DNA of 63,975 nt, counting the filler, from Lenisia limosa (taxonomy: Eukaryota > Protista > Breviatea), in NCBI GenBank assembly GCA_001655205.1. It is 15 parts of 15 records of this genome, joined end to end, with 100 filler letters (N's around TTAATTAATTAA, not from the genome) between each part and the next. Parts side by side here need not be neighbours in the genome. Positions count along the whole stretch, not along the records: positions 48,866 to 62,615 come from LPNZ01002081.1; 14 more parts are not named here. One strand, written 5' to 3'. This document shows, piece by piece, positions 48,879-60,689 of the stretch. Positions within the stretch are counted from its first letter, which is position 1. Every line of letters begins with the position of its first letter. The position numbers and the translations under genes were made by a program. The notes below the pieces were generated by a model, which did no database searches, was not told the origin of the DNA, and saw nothing but the letters and a program-made list of their open reading frames with translations.

Positions 48879-51868
48879 CTCCAGCACCGTTGTCCCTACG
48901 AGACTCCACCATTGTGATGCTCTCCATGCTGGTCAAAAATCCGTAACGTTTCGCCTGGACGGTCAGACTGGTCAGAATCCATCCAAATGAGGCAACTAAT
49001 TGACAAAATTTGAAATGGAAGAATCTGAAATAGTTCTTCTCATTTGATATCTTATCAAGATACACAATCAATTGAACGGAGCCCCACCATTATTTGATAT
49101 AACCGTGATGGTGTGGGTGGCTTTGGCCTCACAACCCTTCCCATTTCAATATGATTACCATCCTTATCACAACTTAAATTGATTATCTAGCTATATCACC
49201 CCAGCGCCAACTTGGCCATCAGCCGCAAAGAAGGCGTGGACGTTTGTGAACGTCGTGGTACCCGGGACTTTGTAAGGCATGAAGGCGAATTTCTGTTGTG
49301 CTGTTGATGGAATCTGAACCATAAAATAAGGCAAATTCCTAGTGTGAGAAGACTTCTTGCTCCTGATAGTATCAAAAAGTAGTCTACGCCAATTATTGTT
49401 GAAAGTATTTAGAAAAGGATGTCCAGATATTTCAGACAGAGACTTCATAAAAACTGTGTACACAGACTGGTTACGTAATCAATACTATATCATATCTATT
49501 TTGTATATAGTATTCACCTTAACTCTTTAAAATGATGCTGGGACGGCTTCGACCAGATCCTGCATTATTTCCCATCAAAATATTGATGTATATCCTACCT
49601 TCCATCCGTAAAGGTCAGAACCGGCGGTAAAGCCCATTAGCACTTCAGTAGCCTTAAATCCAAGGTGTCTGGGGGGGAGGGGTATAAACAACAATTTATG
49701 TAACCAAAAACACATATTTGTTGGCTTGATATTAGAGAATACACAAGGAGGTCAGAATATGTTATGGTGAGACAAGGGAATATATTTAAAGACTAAGATT
49801 GTCAAAGAACTGTTTTCGAAACGTGTACGAATATCGAAAATCTCACCTCAGGGGGATGGAGAAATCCACCGTTGATGAGCGAGTCATGTCATCCTATAAA
49901 GTCACGTGATAGTACTGGTCTGTGAAGAACAATAGCGACACCCCGTGAGATTGAGAAAGGATATTTAACTATTTAATTGTGAGAAGATATGCTAAAAACT
50001 ACTCTGATTGAGTGACGCCAAACTTACAGTTAGCATGAAGTCCCACATCCACGTGGTCGCAGGGTACCTAAGAAGAAATCAGAAGGGCAGATGCTAGATA
50101 ACGAAAGCCTTGGTGCTTCATCTTTTGTTCTTGAAGAATTATTTTTGGGGGACTAAATGGCGTTCTCGTTACAGTATGTGTCGCTTCAATTGTAATTATG
50201 TCTCAATTAACTGCTAATAAATTAACTTCCTCTTTCCCCCCTATTTTTTTTAGGATTTACGTTCCAAAAGTGTCAGGCGCTTACTTTGCATTGGCCTTGC
50301 CCAATACCAGCCATCCGCCACCAAAGAACTCCTGAATGGTGAGATTATCACGGTATGACGACGTAGAAGACTAATCCAAATAGCAATATTTACATCAAAG
50401 GAACAGGATTCTCAATACATTCGCAATAATAGCAAAGCAAATAAAAAACAACGAGTAAGATTAAAAGAAAATTATCCAACCTCTATGCATTCCATTTGGT
50501 ACAATGTGCCTTTGACTGTTATCCCGTAGATTCCAGTGCTATTCACCTGTGAGCAATCTAGATCGTTAGCTGATGTTGGAGAATAGACGGGTGATAATAC
50601 CCTGTATTGGAGGAGTAAAGGCTGAAAGAAAGGAATGGAAATAACGAAGCCGTGCATGTTTTAGTTTAAATTATTAATTCATCGGGCCATCTATTCTGCA
50701 ACTTCCCAAAGGATTTTCCGATGTCATATAGGTTCTTCATTAGGCGTTAGTATTTTGATGAAATCCTCAGATACTTTCAGAAACCCAAGCCCACATCCCA
50801 AACAACCCATACAGTTAAGCTAAACTCTCTGAGATCAAAGAGTACTCAGAGCCCATCAGACCGTATTGTGGGAACTCAGTTGTCACATTGAGAGCGTCAA
50901 CATCTCTGTCTGAAGGGGAGTGAAAAGGGAAATTTGGTGAAACAAAAAAGCTCAAAATCAAGCCTGAAGGTAGTAAAATGGAAATTTTGTGCAAATAAAA
51001 TTAACAGCCCTTATATAACAAAATAATAAATACTGATAAAGTATTGGCATAAAGTATGAGGGGAGTGTCCGTGTTAAGTCTAACCTGATATGGATAGTGT
51101 CCGGGGTTTGACTTCAAGACTTAAGCCGCTATAGTATACAGAGTATATAATATTATTTGTTAAATTTCTTAGTATATATGCACACAACAACCCCACCAAC
51201 TTAGTGTTTCAATTGAGTTTGCCATATTTTGGATGATATCCTTCAGCGGGAGGGGTGACAGACCTGGATCTTGAAAAAAGGCGGGAAGAGATTGAGACCC
51301 CTGGACTCCAACTTCTCAAATTTTAAAACAAGATATTTTCTTCTTTGTATCCTCTTTTCCTTTTCCTTATTTTTATTTAAAACTCTGCCTTGGTGGAACT
51401 TAGGGAGAATAAAACTTGATTATATTTATCCACTTGGACAAGCGGGTATTCTTGGATATATGTGATTGGAATTTAATCCTCCAATATGAATGCATCATAT
51501 ATATGGGTAAATGTTTCTCAAACATATCATGCATAAAATGTAGAACTGATGGAAAAGAAAGAGATTAATGGGCTCCGTTCATAACATCCCGTTTAAGAGA
51601 CATTGATTAGTGGACAAAAATTGTATAATTACCAAGACTTTGCAATATGATATTAATAGTTATATAAAATCATACATTTTATACCGTATCAAAAGATGCT
51701 CCTATGCCCCTCCTCCAATGTTAAAGACCTCTGCCAACTTGGAATGCGAAGCATGTCAAGATCAACATGTTGGTCACTGCTGAGGGTGAAGGCCGTGGCT
51801 CCGGCAAGAAGAAGGGCCAGAAAAATGCCACAGGTGTGAGTCAATGATGATAAAAAACCCATCATCAT
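48879..51868 (-). CDS. Secreted protein with a fibrinogen-related-domain-like N-terminal motif, 3' truncated at linker
   Basis: Start MMMGFLSSLTHTCGIFLALLLAGATAFTLS (signal-like); exons 50601-50481 and 50331-50285 join to DLDCSQVNSTGIYGITVKGTLYQMECIE|EFFGGGWLVLGKAN, matching the C....SG.Y.I....VYC....GGGW.LV pattern. Confidence 0.6.
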
Positions 51869-52383
51869 TTGTTAAGCTGGCTAGACAAAAAGACAAAAAT
51901 GAAACCAAATAAAGGAAATTGCAAATTGACTGACTTATTTTATGACAGGCTTCAAGGAAAAAAAGTGGACTTCGTTCACTTTTTGAGTTACTTTTTAACT
52001 TAAAATAAGACTTTATGTTGCAGAGAGAAAAGTAAGAGCGGGCCATCAAATTTTAGTTAACTTTTAGTTAAATTTACCGTTTTTTATTGGACTACTTTGA
52101 CGGTCTAGTCTGCCAAAGATGTACACCACCATCCAACCACCACTTCACCGATGCATAAAAAACTTGAATTTGACTTTGTTAATTTGTTCGTGTGGCGCGG
52201 TTGGCGCGGTTCTTGAGTTAAATAGGAAATTTCCTTATAAAGCAATTTATGCCTTTTTATGTTTTTTTGGTGTGTGAGTGGTGTTGGTGGTGTTTCTATA
52301 GTTCCAGTATTGCTTTATTATTATCAGCAATCGCACTGACTGAAATATTTTCACTCTCAAGTAGAACCTTTTAGGTTAAGGCA

Positions 52384-55300
52384 ATGATGAAGTACCTAGA
52401 ATTGCTTGTTTACTTTGCTTTTCTGTATCTCTTTGTCTCTTTTGTAGGTGCTACTGCTGAATGTGACTTTGGTGAAACATTATGTGGAGATGAGTGTGTC
52501 TTCCTTTCAAACTCAACTGACTACTGCGGTGGCTGTGATGTCACCTGTGATGGAGTTCCTTGTGTAAATGGAACATGCGTTGGTGGAGCCCAGAACTGTA
52601 GTGACCTTGCCTTTCCTTGTGAAGATGACTGCTGCTTAATTGGACTTGAAATCTGCAATGTTACTGCTTTCCCACGTCCTATGCCGAACCCACTACCAGG
52701 CGGTGTTCCTGGTCAAGGTCAAGGTTTAGTCTATAGGGGACAATGCTGGTCTTGTGATGAAGGATTCCAACTCTGTAACATGACCTGTACTGACTTATCC
52801 TCCTCAGACTCAAATTGTGGAGTATGTTTCAATGAGTGTCCAGCTCATACAATTTGCACTGATGGAAATTGCACATGTCCAATCTCAAATCAAACTGATT
52901 GTGGTGACTCATGTCACGATTTAAGCAATGATTCTCAAAACTGTGGTTCTTGTGGGAATGTTTGTTCAAACCACACTATTTGCATTGATGGAAACTGCAC
53001 TTGCCCAATGCCAGGTGACACTGACTGTGGTGATGAATGCTCTGATCTCATGACTGATAATGACAATTGTGGTTCTTGTGGGAATGTTTGTTCAAATCAC
53101 ACTATTTGCATTGATGGAAACTGCACTTGTCCAATGGCAGGCGACATTGATTGTGGTGATGAATGCTCTGATCTCATGACTGATAATGACAATTGTGGTT
53201 CATGTGGNNNNNNNNNNNNNNNNNNNNNNNNNNNNNNNNNNNNNNNNNNNNNNNNNNNNNNNNNNNNNNGCAGGCGACACTGATTGTGGTGATGAATGCG
53301 CTGATCTCATGACTGATAATGACAATTGTGGTTCTTGTGGGAATGTTTGCTCTAATCACACTGTTTGCATTGATGGAAACTGCACTTGTCCAATGGCGGG
53401 CGACACTGATTGTGGTGATGAATGCGTTGATCTCATGACGAATAATGACAATTGTGGTTCTTGTGGTAATGAATGTCATGAAAGCGCTCAGTGTGTCAAT
53501 GGTACATGTGATTGTCCTGAAGGCCTTGTTTTATGTAACGGAGAATGCGTTGATCTCTTGACTGATAATGACAATTGTGGTTTCTGTGGCAATGAATGCC
53601 TAAACACATGCATAAACGGAGTCTGTGTTGGTGGACAAGAACTCTGTCCTGACAACTATACCGAATGTGGCGACTCTCTTTGCTGCCGCCCGACTGAACT
53701 ATGTTTAACACACTACCCCCCGTACTCCAATCCTACACATGTTTGTGTATGTAAGCCTGACACCACCGCTTGTGGACTTGATTGCTGCACAGATACAGAG
53801 GAGTGTGTCAACTATCAGTGTGTCCCTGCTCAAGACCAATGTCAATTGGGCCAGTTCCCCTGCGGCGAAGAAAAATGCTGCATTACTGGCCAAGAGAATT
53901 GTCTCGAGTCGGTTGACGGTTACGGCAACAAGTCATACGACTGTGTTTGCAAGTCTCCTCTCACTCAATGCGGTGAAAACTGCTGTCCTGCGGACCAAGT
54001 CTGTGTGGCAGGTGTGTGTGTGCCCCCACAAACGGTCTGCCCCACAGGATTCGAGCATTGTGGCCCCACTTCTGGTGACCTCTGCTGCTCCAGTGACCAG
54101 GATTGTGTCGAAGAGACGTTCAACTACCAAACCTCTTACTACTGCCGTTGCAAGCCTGGTTTCACAACTTGCGGAGATGACTGTTGTCCTCCAGAAGAAG
54201 TCTGTATTTCAGGTGTGTGTACGCCACCTCAGACCATCTGTCCATCCAACCTCTTCCTTTGCGGACCTGAAGAAGACGAACTCTGTTGCCGCGAAGACCA
54301 AACATGTAAGTACCGCTTTGAGCATTATATTCGCATTTACTACTGCACTTGCAAAGACAACCGTGTGGAATGTGGAGAAGAGTGCTGCCCCGAACACTGG
54401 GAGTGCGTTTCCGGCGTCTGTGTTCCTCCTCAAACCACATGCCCTACTGGATATATTATGTGCGGTCACGAGGCTGACGAGCTCTGTTGCCGCGAAGCCG
54501 ATCAACAATGCATCAAGGAAGTTGACGGTTACACCACCACTTATAAGTGCATTTGCAAGGATACCTTCACTACCTGCGGTGATAACTGCTGCCCTGCTGG
54601 CGAGGAGTGCATCGACAACGTCTGCACTGTTCCCCAGAAGACCTGCCCTACTGGCACCTTTATCTGCGGACCTGAGGAAGACGAGCTCTGCTGCCGTGAG
54701 GCTGACCAAAACTGTATAGAATGCATGGTTGGATATGAGAAGGTCTACAAGTGCAAATGCAAGGAGGAGTTCACTACCTGCGGTGACAACTGCTGCCATG
54801 CTGGTGAGGAGTGCATTGACAACGTCTGCACTGTTCCCCAGAAGACCTGCCCTACTGGCACCTTTATCTGCGGACCTGAGGAAGACGAGCTCTGCTGCCG
54901 TGAGGCTGACCAAAACTGTGTACAATGTATGGTTGGATATGAGAAGGTGTACAAGTGCAAATGCAAGGAGGAGTTTACTACCTGCGGCGACAACTGCTGC
55001 CCTGCTGGTGAGGAGTGCATTGATAACGTCTGCACTGTTCCCCAGAAGACCTGCCCTACTGGCACTATGATTTGCGGTCCTGAGGTAGACGAGCTATGCT
55101 GCCGTGAGGCTGATCAAAACTGTGTTTATACCATGTCAGGCTACAATAAGATCTACAAGTGCGTTTGCAAGGAAGAGTTTACTACTTGTGGTGACAACTG
55201 CTGCCCCGAGGGTGAGGAGTGCATTGACAACGTCTGCACTGTTCNNNNNNNNNNNNNNNNNNNNNNNTACTGTTCCCCAGAAGACCTGCCCTACTGGCAC

Positions 55301-58300
55301 CTTTATCTGCGGACCTGAAGAAGATGAGCTCTGCTGCCGTGAGGCTGACCAAAACTGTGTACAATGCATGGTTGGATACGAAAAGGTGTACAAGTGCAAA
55401 TGCAAGGAGGAGTTCACTACCTGTGGTGACAACTGCTGCCCTGCTGGTGAGGATTGCATTGACAACGTCTGCACTGTTCCCCAGAAGACCTGCCCTACTG
55501 GCACTATGATCTGCNNNNNNNNNNCGAGCTCTGCTGCCGTGAAGCTGATCAAGACTGTGTTTATACCATGTCTGGCTACAACAAGGTCTACAAGTGCGTC
55601 TGCAAGGGCAGCCTTGAACAGTGTGGTGATGACTGCTGCATCGCCGGGTATGGCTGTGATAATGGTGTGTGTACACCACCTCAGAGAACCTGTCCTACTG
55701 GTACCTTTATCTGTGGACCTGAGGAAGATGAACTCTGCTGCCGTGAGGCTGACCAAAACTGTATAGAATGCATGNNNNNNNNNNNNNNNNNNNNNNNNNN
55801 NNNNNNNNNNNNNNNNNNNNNNNNNNNNNNNNNNNNNNNNNNNNNNNNNNNNNNNNNNNNNNNNNNNNNNNNNNNNNNNNNNNNNNNNNNNNNNNNNNNN
55901 NNNNNNNNNNNNNNNNNNNNNNNNNNNNNNNNNNNNNNNNNNNNNNNNNNNNNNNNNNNNNNNNNNNNNNNNNNNNNNNNNNNNNNNNNNNNNNNNNNNN
56001 NNNNNNNNNNNNNNNNNNNNNNNNNNNNNNNNNNNNNNNNNNNNNTTTGGTGAGGAGTGCATTGACAACGTCTGCACTGTTCCCCAGAAGACCTGCCCTA
56101 CTGGCACCTTTATCTGTGGACCTGAAGAAGACGATCTATGCTGCCGTGAGGCTGACCAAAACTGTGTGGAATGCATGGTTGGATATGAGAAGGTCTACAA
56201 GTGCAAATGCAAGGAGGAGTTCACTACCTGCGGTGACAACTGCTGCCTTGCAGGTGAGGAGTGCATTGACAACGTCTGCACTGTTCCCCAGAAGACCTGC
56301 CCTACTGGCACATTTATCTGCGGACCCGAGGAAGACGAGTTGTGCTGCCGGGAGGCTGATCAAATATGTCATTCAACCATGTCTGGCTACAACAAGGTCT
56401 ACAAATGCGTCTGCATGGAAGGCCTTGAACAGTGTGGTGACAACTGCTGCATCGCCGGGTATGGCTGTGATAATGGTGTGTNNNNNNNNNNGAACCTGCC
56501 CTACTGGCACTATGATCTGTGGACCTGAAGAAGACGAGCTGTGTTGCCGTCAGGTTGACCAAGACTGCATTGAGACCATGTCTGGCTACAAAAAGGTCTA
56601 TAATTGCGTCTGCAAGGAGGAGTTCACTACCTGCGGTGACAACTGCTGCCCTGAGGGTGAGGAGTGCATTGAAAATATCTGCACTGTTCCCCAGAAGATT
56701 TGTCCTACTGGTACATTTATCTGCGGACCTGAGGAAGACGAGATCTGTTGTCGTGAGGTTGACCAAGTTTGTGTAGATTGCATGGTTGGATACGAGAAGG
56801 TCTACAAGTGCAAATGCAAGGAGGAATATACTACCTGCGGTGACAACTGCTGCCCTGAGGGGGAGGAATGCATTGACAACATCTGCACTGTTCCCCAGAA
56901 GACCTGTGCTACTGGCAGCTTTATCTGCGGACCTGAGGAAGACGAGATCTGCTGCCGTGATGCTGACCAAGATTGTGTTTCAACCATGTCTGGCTACAAC
57001 AAGGTCTACAAGTGTGTCTGCAAGGAAGAGTTCACTACTTGTGGTGACAACTGCTGCCCTGCTGGTGAGGAGTGCATTGACAACGTCTGCACTATTCTCC
57101 AGAAGACCTGCCCTACTGGTACATTTATCTGCGGACCTGAAGAAGACGAGCTCTGCTGCCGAGAGGCTGACCAAGTTTGCGTAGATTGCATGGTTGGATA
57201 CGAGAAGGTCTACAAGTGCAAATGCAAGGAGGAATATACTACCTGCGGTGACAACTGCTGCCCTGAGGGGGAGGAATGCATTGACAACATCTGCACTGTT
57301 CCCCAGAAGACCTGTGCTACTGGCAGCTTTATCTGCGGACCTGAGGAAGACGAGATCTGCTGCCGTGATGCTGACCAAGATTGTGTTTCAACCATGTCTG
57401 GCTACAACAAGGTCTACAAGTGTGTCTGCAAGGAAGAGTTCACTACTTGTGGTGACAACTGCTGCCCTGCTGGTGAGGAGTGCATTGACAACGTCTGCAC
57501 TATTCTCCAGAAGACCTGCCCTACTGGCACCTTTTTCTGCGGACCTGAAGAAGACGAGCTCTGCTGCCGAGAGGCTGACCAAAATTGCCTTGAAACAACC
57601 ACCCAGTACACTAAGACATTCAAATGTACATGTAATCCTCAGCTTATTTCATGTGGGTTAAATTGTTGTGACCCTGAAACACATGAATGTAGCAATGATA
57701 TCTGTGTACCTCTTGCGACTCAATGCAGTGGTGGTACAGAACCATGTGGATTGTCATGCTGTGGGCCAAATAGCGAGTGTGTAAATGAAGTCTGTACATG
57801 CCTTTATGGCTTCACTATGTGCAAGGATGAATGCAGATCCCCAAGTTATTTTGAAAATAATAATAATAATTGTGGATCATGTGGTCATTCCTGTGATACT
57901 GACGAGATTTGCTTATCTGGATCGTGTGGTAGGAGGGGTAATAAGTGTATATACATTCTTTTTATTCTCTGTAGTATTATTGTAGTGACTTATTCATATA
58001 ATGTATGAAAGGGTATCATGTTTTAATCTACTCAGTTGCAACCCCTGGCCAGAATGAGTGCATGGCCATAGATGTTCCTGATCTTGACATGAAATCGCGA
58101 GTGTATCTAAGTAGCGACTCAAGTCTTGAGGGTGGCCTACTGAAGATCATTATCCAATCAATTAATATTAAGGATGGAGCCGTTGAACGAATTGAACTCA
58201 ACCATCAGGTCTGTCACAAAACTTGTTTTTGGATTGAACATTTAACGAATGTCACAATCTAGAATAACGAAGTCTGCGCCTACCCAGGACCCAACTGGTC

Positions 58301-59938
58301 TTCCATCTTCAACGAAAATGGGGAGTGTCTGCACACGTTCTCTTCCGCAATCCCCTTCAAGGATGCGCTGGAGTCATGTGACTTCACAATGGAGATGACG
58401 ACTGCCATGTACATGTACCAGGGCCATGCCGCTGTTTTCACCATGGTCAAGCTGTCCGAGGGTGTCATGCGTGAAGTAAAGACCGTCCTGAAGTTTACCA
58501 TCATCCTTCCCAAGACGCTTAAAGCCCAAGTCGACGTCGAAGTTGTCAGTGACGTTGAAATCAAGGCTTGGCTTACTGAGAAGTCCTGGACCTGGCTCAC
58601 TGGGCTTGGAACGCTTGAGTATCGCACTGTCACCTCGGCGCCCTATGTACTTCAAGCAAGCTCCATTATCCCCCCTAGTCTTGTTTCCGCCATCATTGAA
58701 GAGAACACGCTCAAGGCAAACTGTCCTGACGACAAGGAGGAGGAATGCGTCCAGTATTGGACGGTCACTGTTGACCCTGAGGTAAGCATATGTAGTTTTT
58801 GTTGATTATTTCAACATGCCATTCTTCTTATGTGCATTTTAGGGTCAATGTGAGTTTACTGGCACCTACACTATCAACTTCGACATCAAGTGCCGCGGTG
58901 GCCTGGACTGCAGAGCTGACACCGCTGTTCTAAACAGTCAAGTCATCAGTGACGACACCATTTGTAGCAAGCTCGAGATTGGCATCCAGGTTGGCTTGGT
59001 GCGTAAATAACCATCACTTAGCGGTTGGCTACTCTCTTCAACAGTATTAACAGTCCAGGTTGATACCGAGCTCAAGACTCGTGGCATGGTGGTTCTGTTT
59101 GCAGCTGGTGACAATGTCATGTTTGACCTGACTGTTCAATCCGACGACGCTCTCATTCAGCGTCTCGAGCCAACCCTCATCGAGGTCTTTACCACACCTG
59201 CAGACACCAAGGTCCTTTACGACGAGGACAGCGGTGGAGCCCAGGCAATTGCCCTCGCCAACTCTTGGGAGCTGGAGCTGAACCTGCCCGGGCCTACTGA
59301 CCACATTTCATTTGGCTTCGTGTGGGTCTTGGGCTGTTTCTTCTTCATGGGTTTTCTTCAATTTGGGCAGATTCAACCTTATTTGTAATTACATTATTCA
59401 ATTTGACTTTTAAGCATTTCCGTTGGAGATGGTGAGAATGACCTTTTCCCAATGCATGACACGGCCACTTTCAAGTTCACGGTTGAGGTTTCCTTCCGCA
59501 TCCATTACCAGGGAATGCGCAGAGAAGAGGTAAGCTGTCTTGTGGATGTTAGTGCCTTGTCGTGCTGTAATAGTTGCCAGTTTATTTTATTAGGGTTCGA
59601 TTGAACTGAGCAGCGGAGCAGAGTTCACTGTTACCCTTGACGAAGACCACAGCACATGTCCCAGCTCTTGGGTTGACCCGTGCTTGAACAATGCTGGAGG
59701 CTGCAAAAACGAGTTTTCAGAGTGCAAGGCAGTTGGATGCTCTTCTGAAGTGGTGTGCGCCAAGTGTGTTGGCAGCGTGGACAAGGACGGCAACTGCATA
59801 GATGACAGTTCTGATAGCGACAACAACAATCTGCTCTACGCGTTTGCAGCGGGCGGTTTGGCTGTTGTTGCTATCTCAGGCGCTGTATATGCTAAAAAGA
59901 AGAAACCTCAACCCACCGAGGCTCCTGTTGAACCCTAA
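52384..59938 (+). CDS. Giant Cys-rich type I surface protein. Exons 52384-57928 (with gaps), 58036-58208, 58263-58781, 58843-58989, 59059-59321, 59415-59529, 59594-59938
   Basis: Signal peptide MMKYLELLVYFAFLYLFVSFVGATA; Cys repeat arrays; six GT-AG introns joinable in frame to a beta-rich ectodomain, an 8-Cys module, TM LLYAFAAGGLAVVAISGAVYA and tail KKKKPQPTEAPVEP*. The fourth intron's boundaries have alternatives. Confidence 0.92.
52752..53630 (+). repeat. Coding tandem array of about 42-aa (126-bp) STIG1-like repeats
   Basis: Unit CPMAGDTDCGDECVDLMTDNDNCGSCGNVCSNHTICIDGNCT; the CVDL.TD..NCG.CG..C motif characterises STIG1-like domains. Confidence 0.85.
53644..57720 (+). repeat. Coding tandem array of 68-aa (204-bp) 12-Cys repeats, about 20 units as assembled
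   Basis: Unit CPTGTFICGPEEDELCCREADQNCIECMVGYEKVYKCKCKEEFTTCGDNCCPAGEECIDNVCTVPQKT; 204-bp periodicity is visible in both sequence and ORF track. Confidence 0.95.
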
Positions 59939-59999
59939 TGATATTTATTACTGTTAATTTTGTTAAGTTGTTTGTGATACGCTCTTTCAACCCAATGTA

Positions 60000-60331
60000 C
60001 TCTTCATATTCTCCACTTTTCACTGTTCAACGTTGGCATTTCAGGCTGAAACTCGTCTTGGAGCTTGATTTGATAATGGTCTAGTTATAGGATTAGTATT
60101 CCAACTGTCACTAGACTGTAGTTGTAAAAAAATATGCTAAGAAGGATTAGTAACACAAACATATATAAACAAACAGACTCAGATAGATACTCCTTTAATA
60201 GCCACAATGTCAAGTTTCTTATCCATGGATCTATTAACAATAATTCCTTGATTGTTACACCTGTGTGCGTGCTCCTGCTGTCACTCCTGTCATCCGAAGT
60301 TTCCGTTTTTAACATTTCTGTCAACTTGAAA
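60000..60331 (-). CDS. Possible small gene with a LisH-like segment
   Basis: MAFKLTEMLKTETSDD..DPWIRNLTLWLLKEYLSES; splice model unresolved. Confidence 0.2.
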
Positions 60332-60396
60332 GCCATAGTTTTTGTACCTCGTATCTTCAAAGATAATCTAAAAATCGCAGACAGTGTAACAATGTA

Positions 60397-60478
60397 CCGT
60401 TGCCGTTGCCGCTGGTTGCCGTTAGCTTAATGACCCTGTTACGATCTTTCTCGATCAATGATAAGAAGATGACGTCAT
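60397..60478. promoter_or_regulatory. Candidate promoter motifs: tandem CCGTTG/CCGTTA (Myb-like) and palindrome ATGACGTCAT (CRE-like, 60469-60478)
   Basis: Motif matches in an intergenic position upstream of the membrane-protein gene; no functional evidence. Confidence 0.25.
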
Positions 60479-60689
60479 GGCGTCATGTTCTCTTTATTTC
60501 TTCTCGCTCTTGCGCTCTTGCTACTTCCCTCTCTTTTGTGAGATAGTTAGGTGTGGATTTGTTTTCAAGCTACTGTCTGTAGTTTCCTTTACTCATTTAT
60601 TCTACAGCCTTTAAATCCTTTAACTCCGTTTCAGATTCCCCGTTCCCGACATCCCACCTCTCTTGTCATTTTGATTGTGAAGTGCGCTG

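Noticed and set aside
53208-56491. Apparent frameshifts or several separate genes in the giant protein
   Set aside because: Every frame change coincides with an N gap of estimated length, some with duplicated overlaps (e.g. ACTGTTC either side of 55245-55267).
53174-57661. Numerous overlapping and antisense ORFs in the Cys-repeat array
   Set aside because: Shadow frames of a repetitive, biased coding sequence; they recur with the 204-bp period and have no independent signals.
27776-59938. A surface-glycan gene cluster (sulfotransferase plus Cys-rich receptors plus lectin-like gene)
   Set aside because: The genes lie on different contigs separated by artificial linkers; only the 48879-59938 pair is physically linked.
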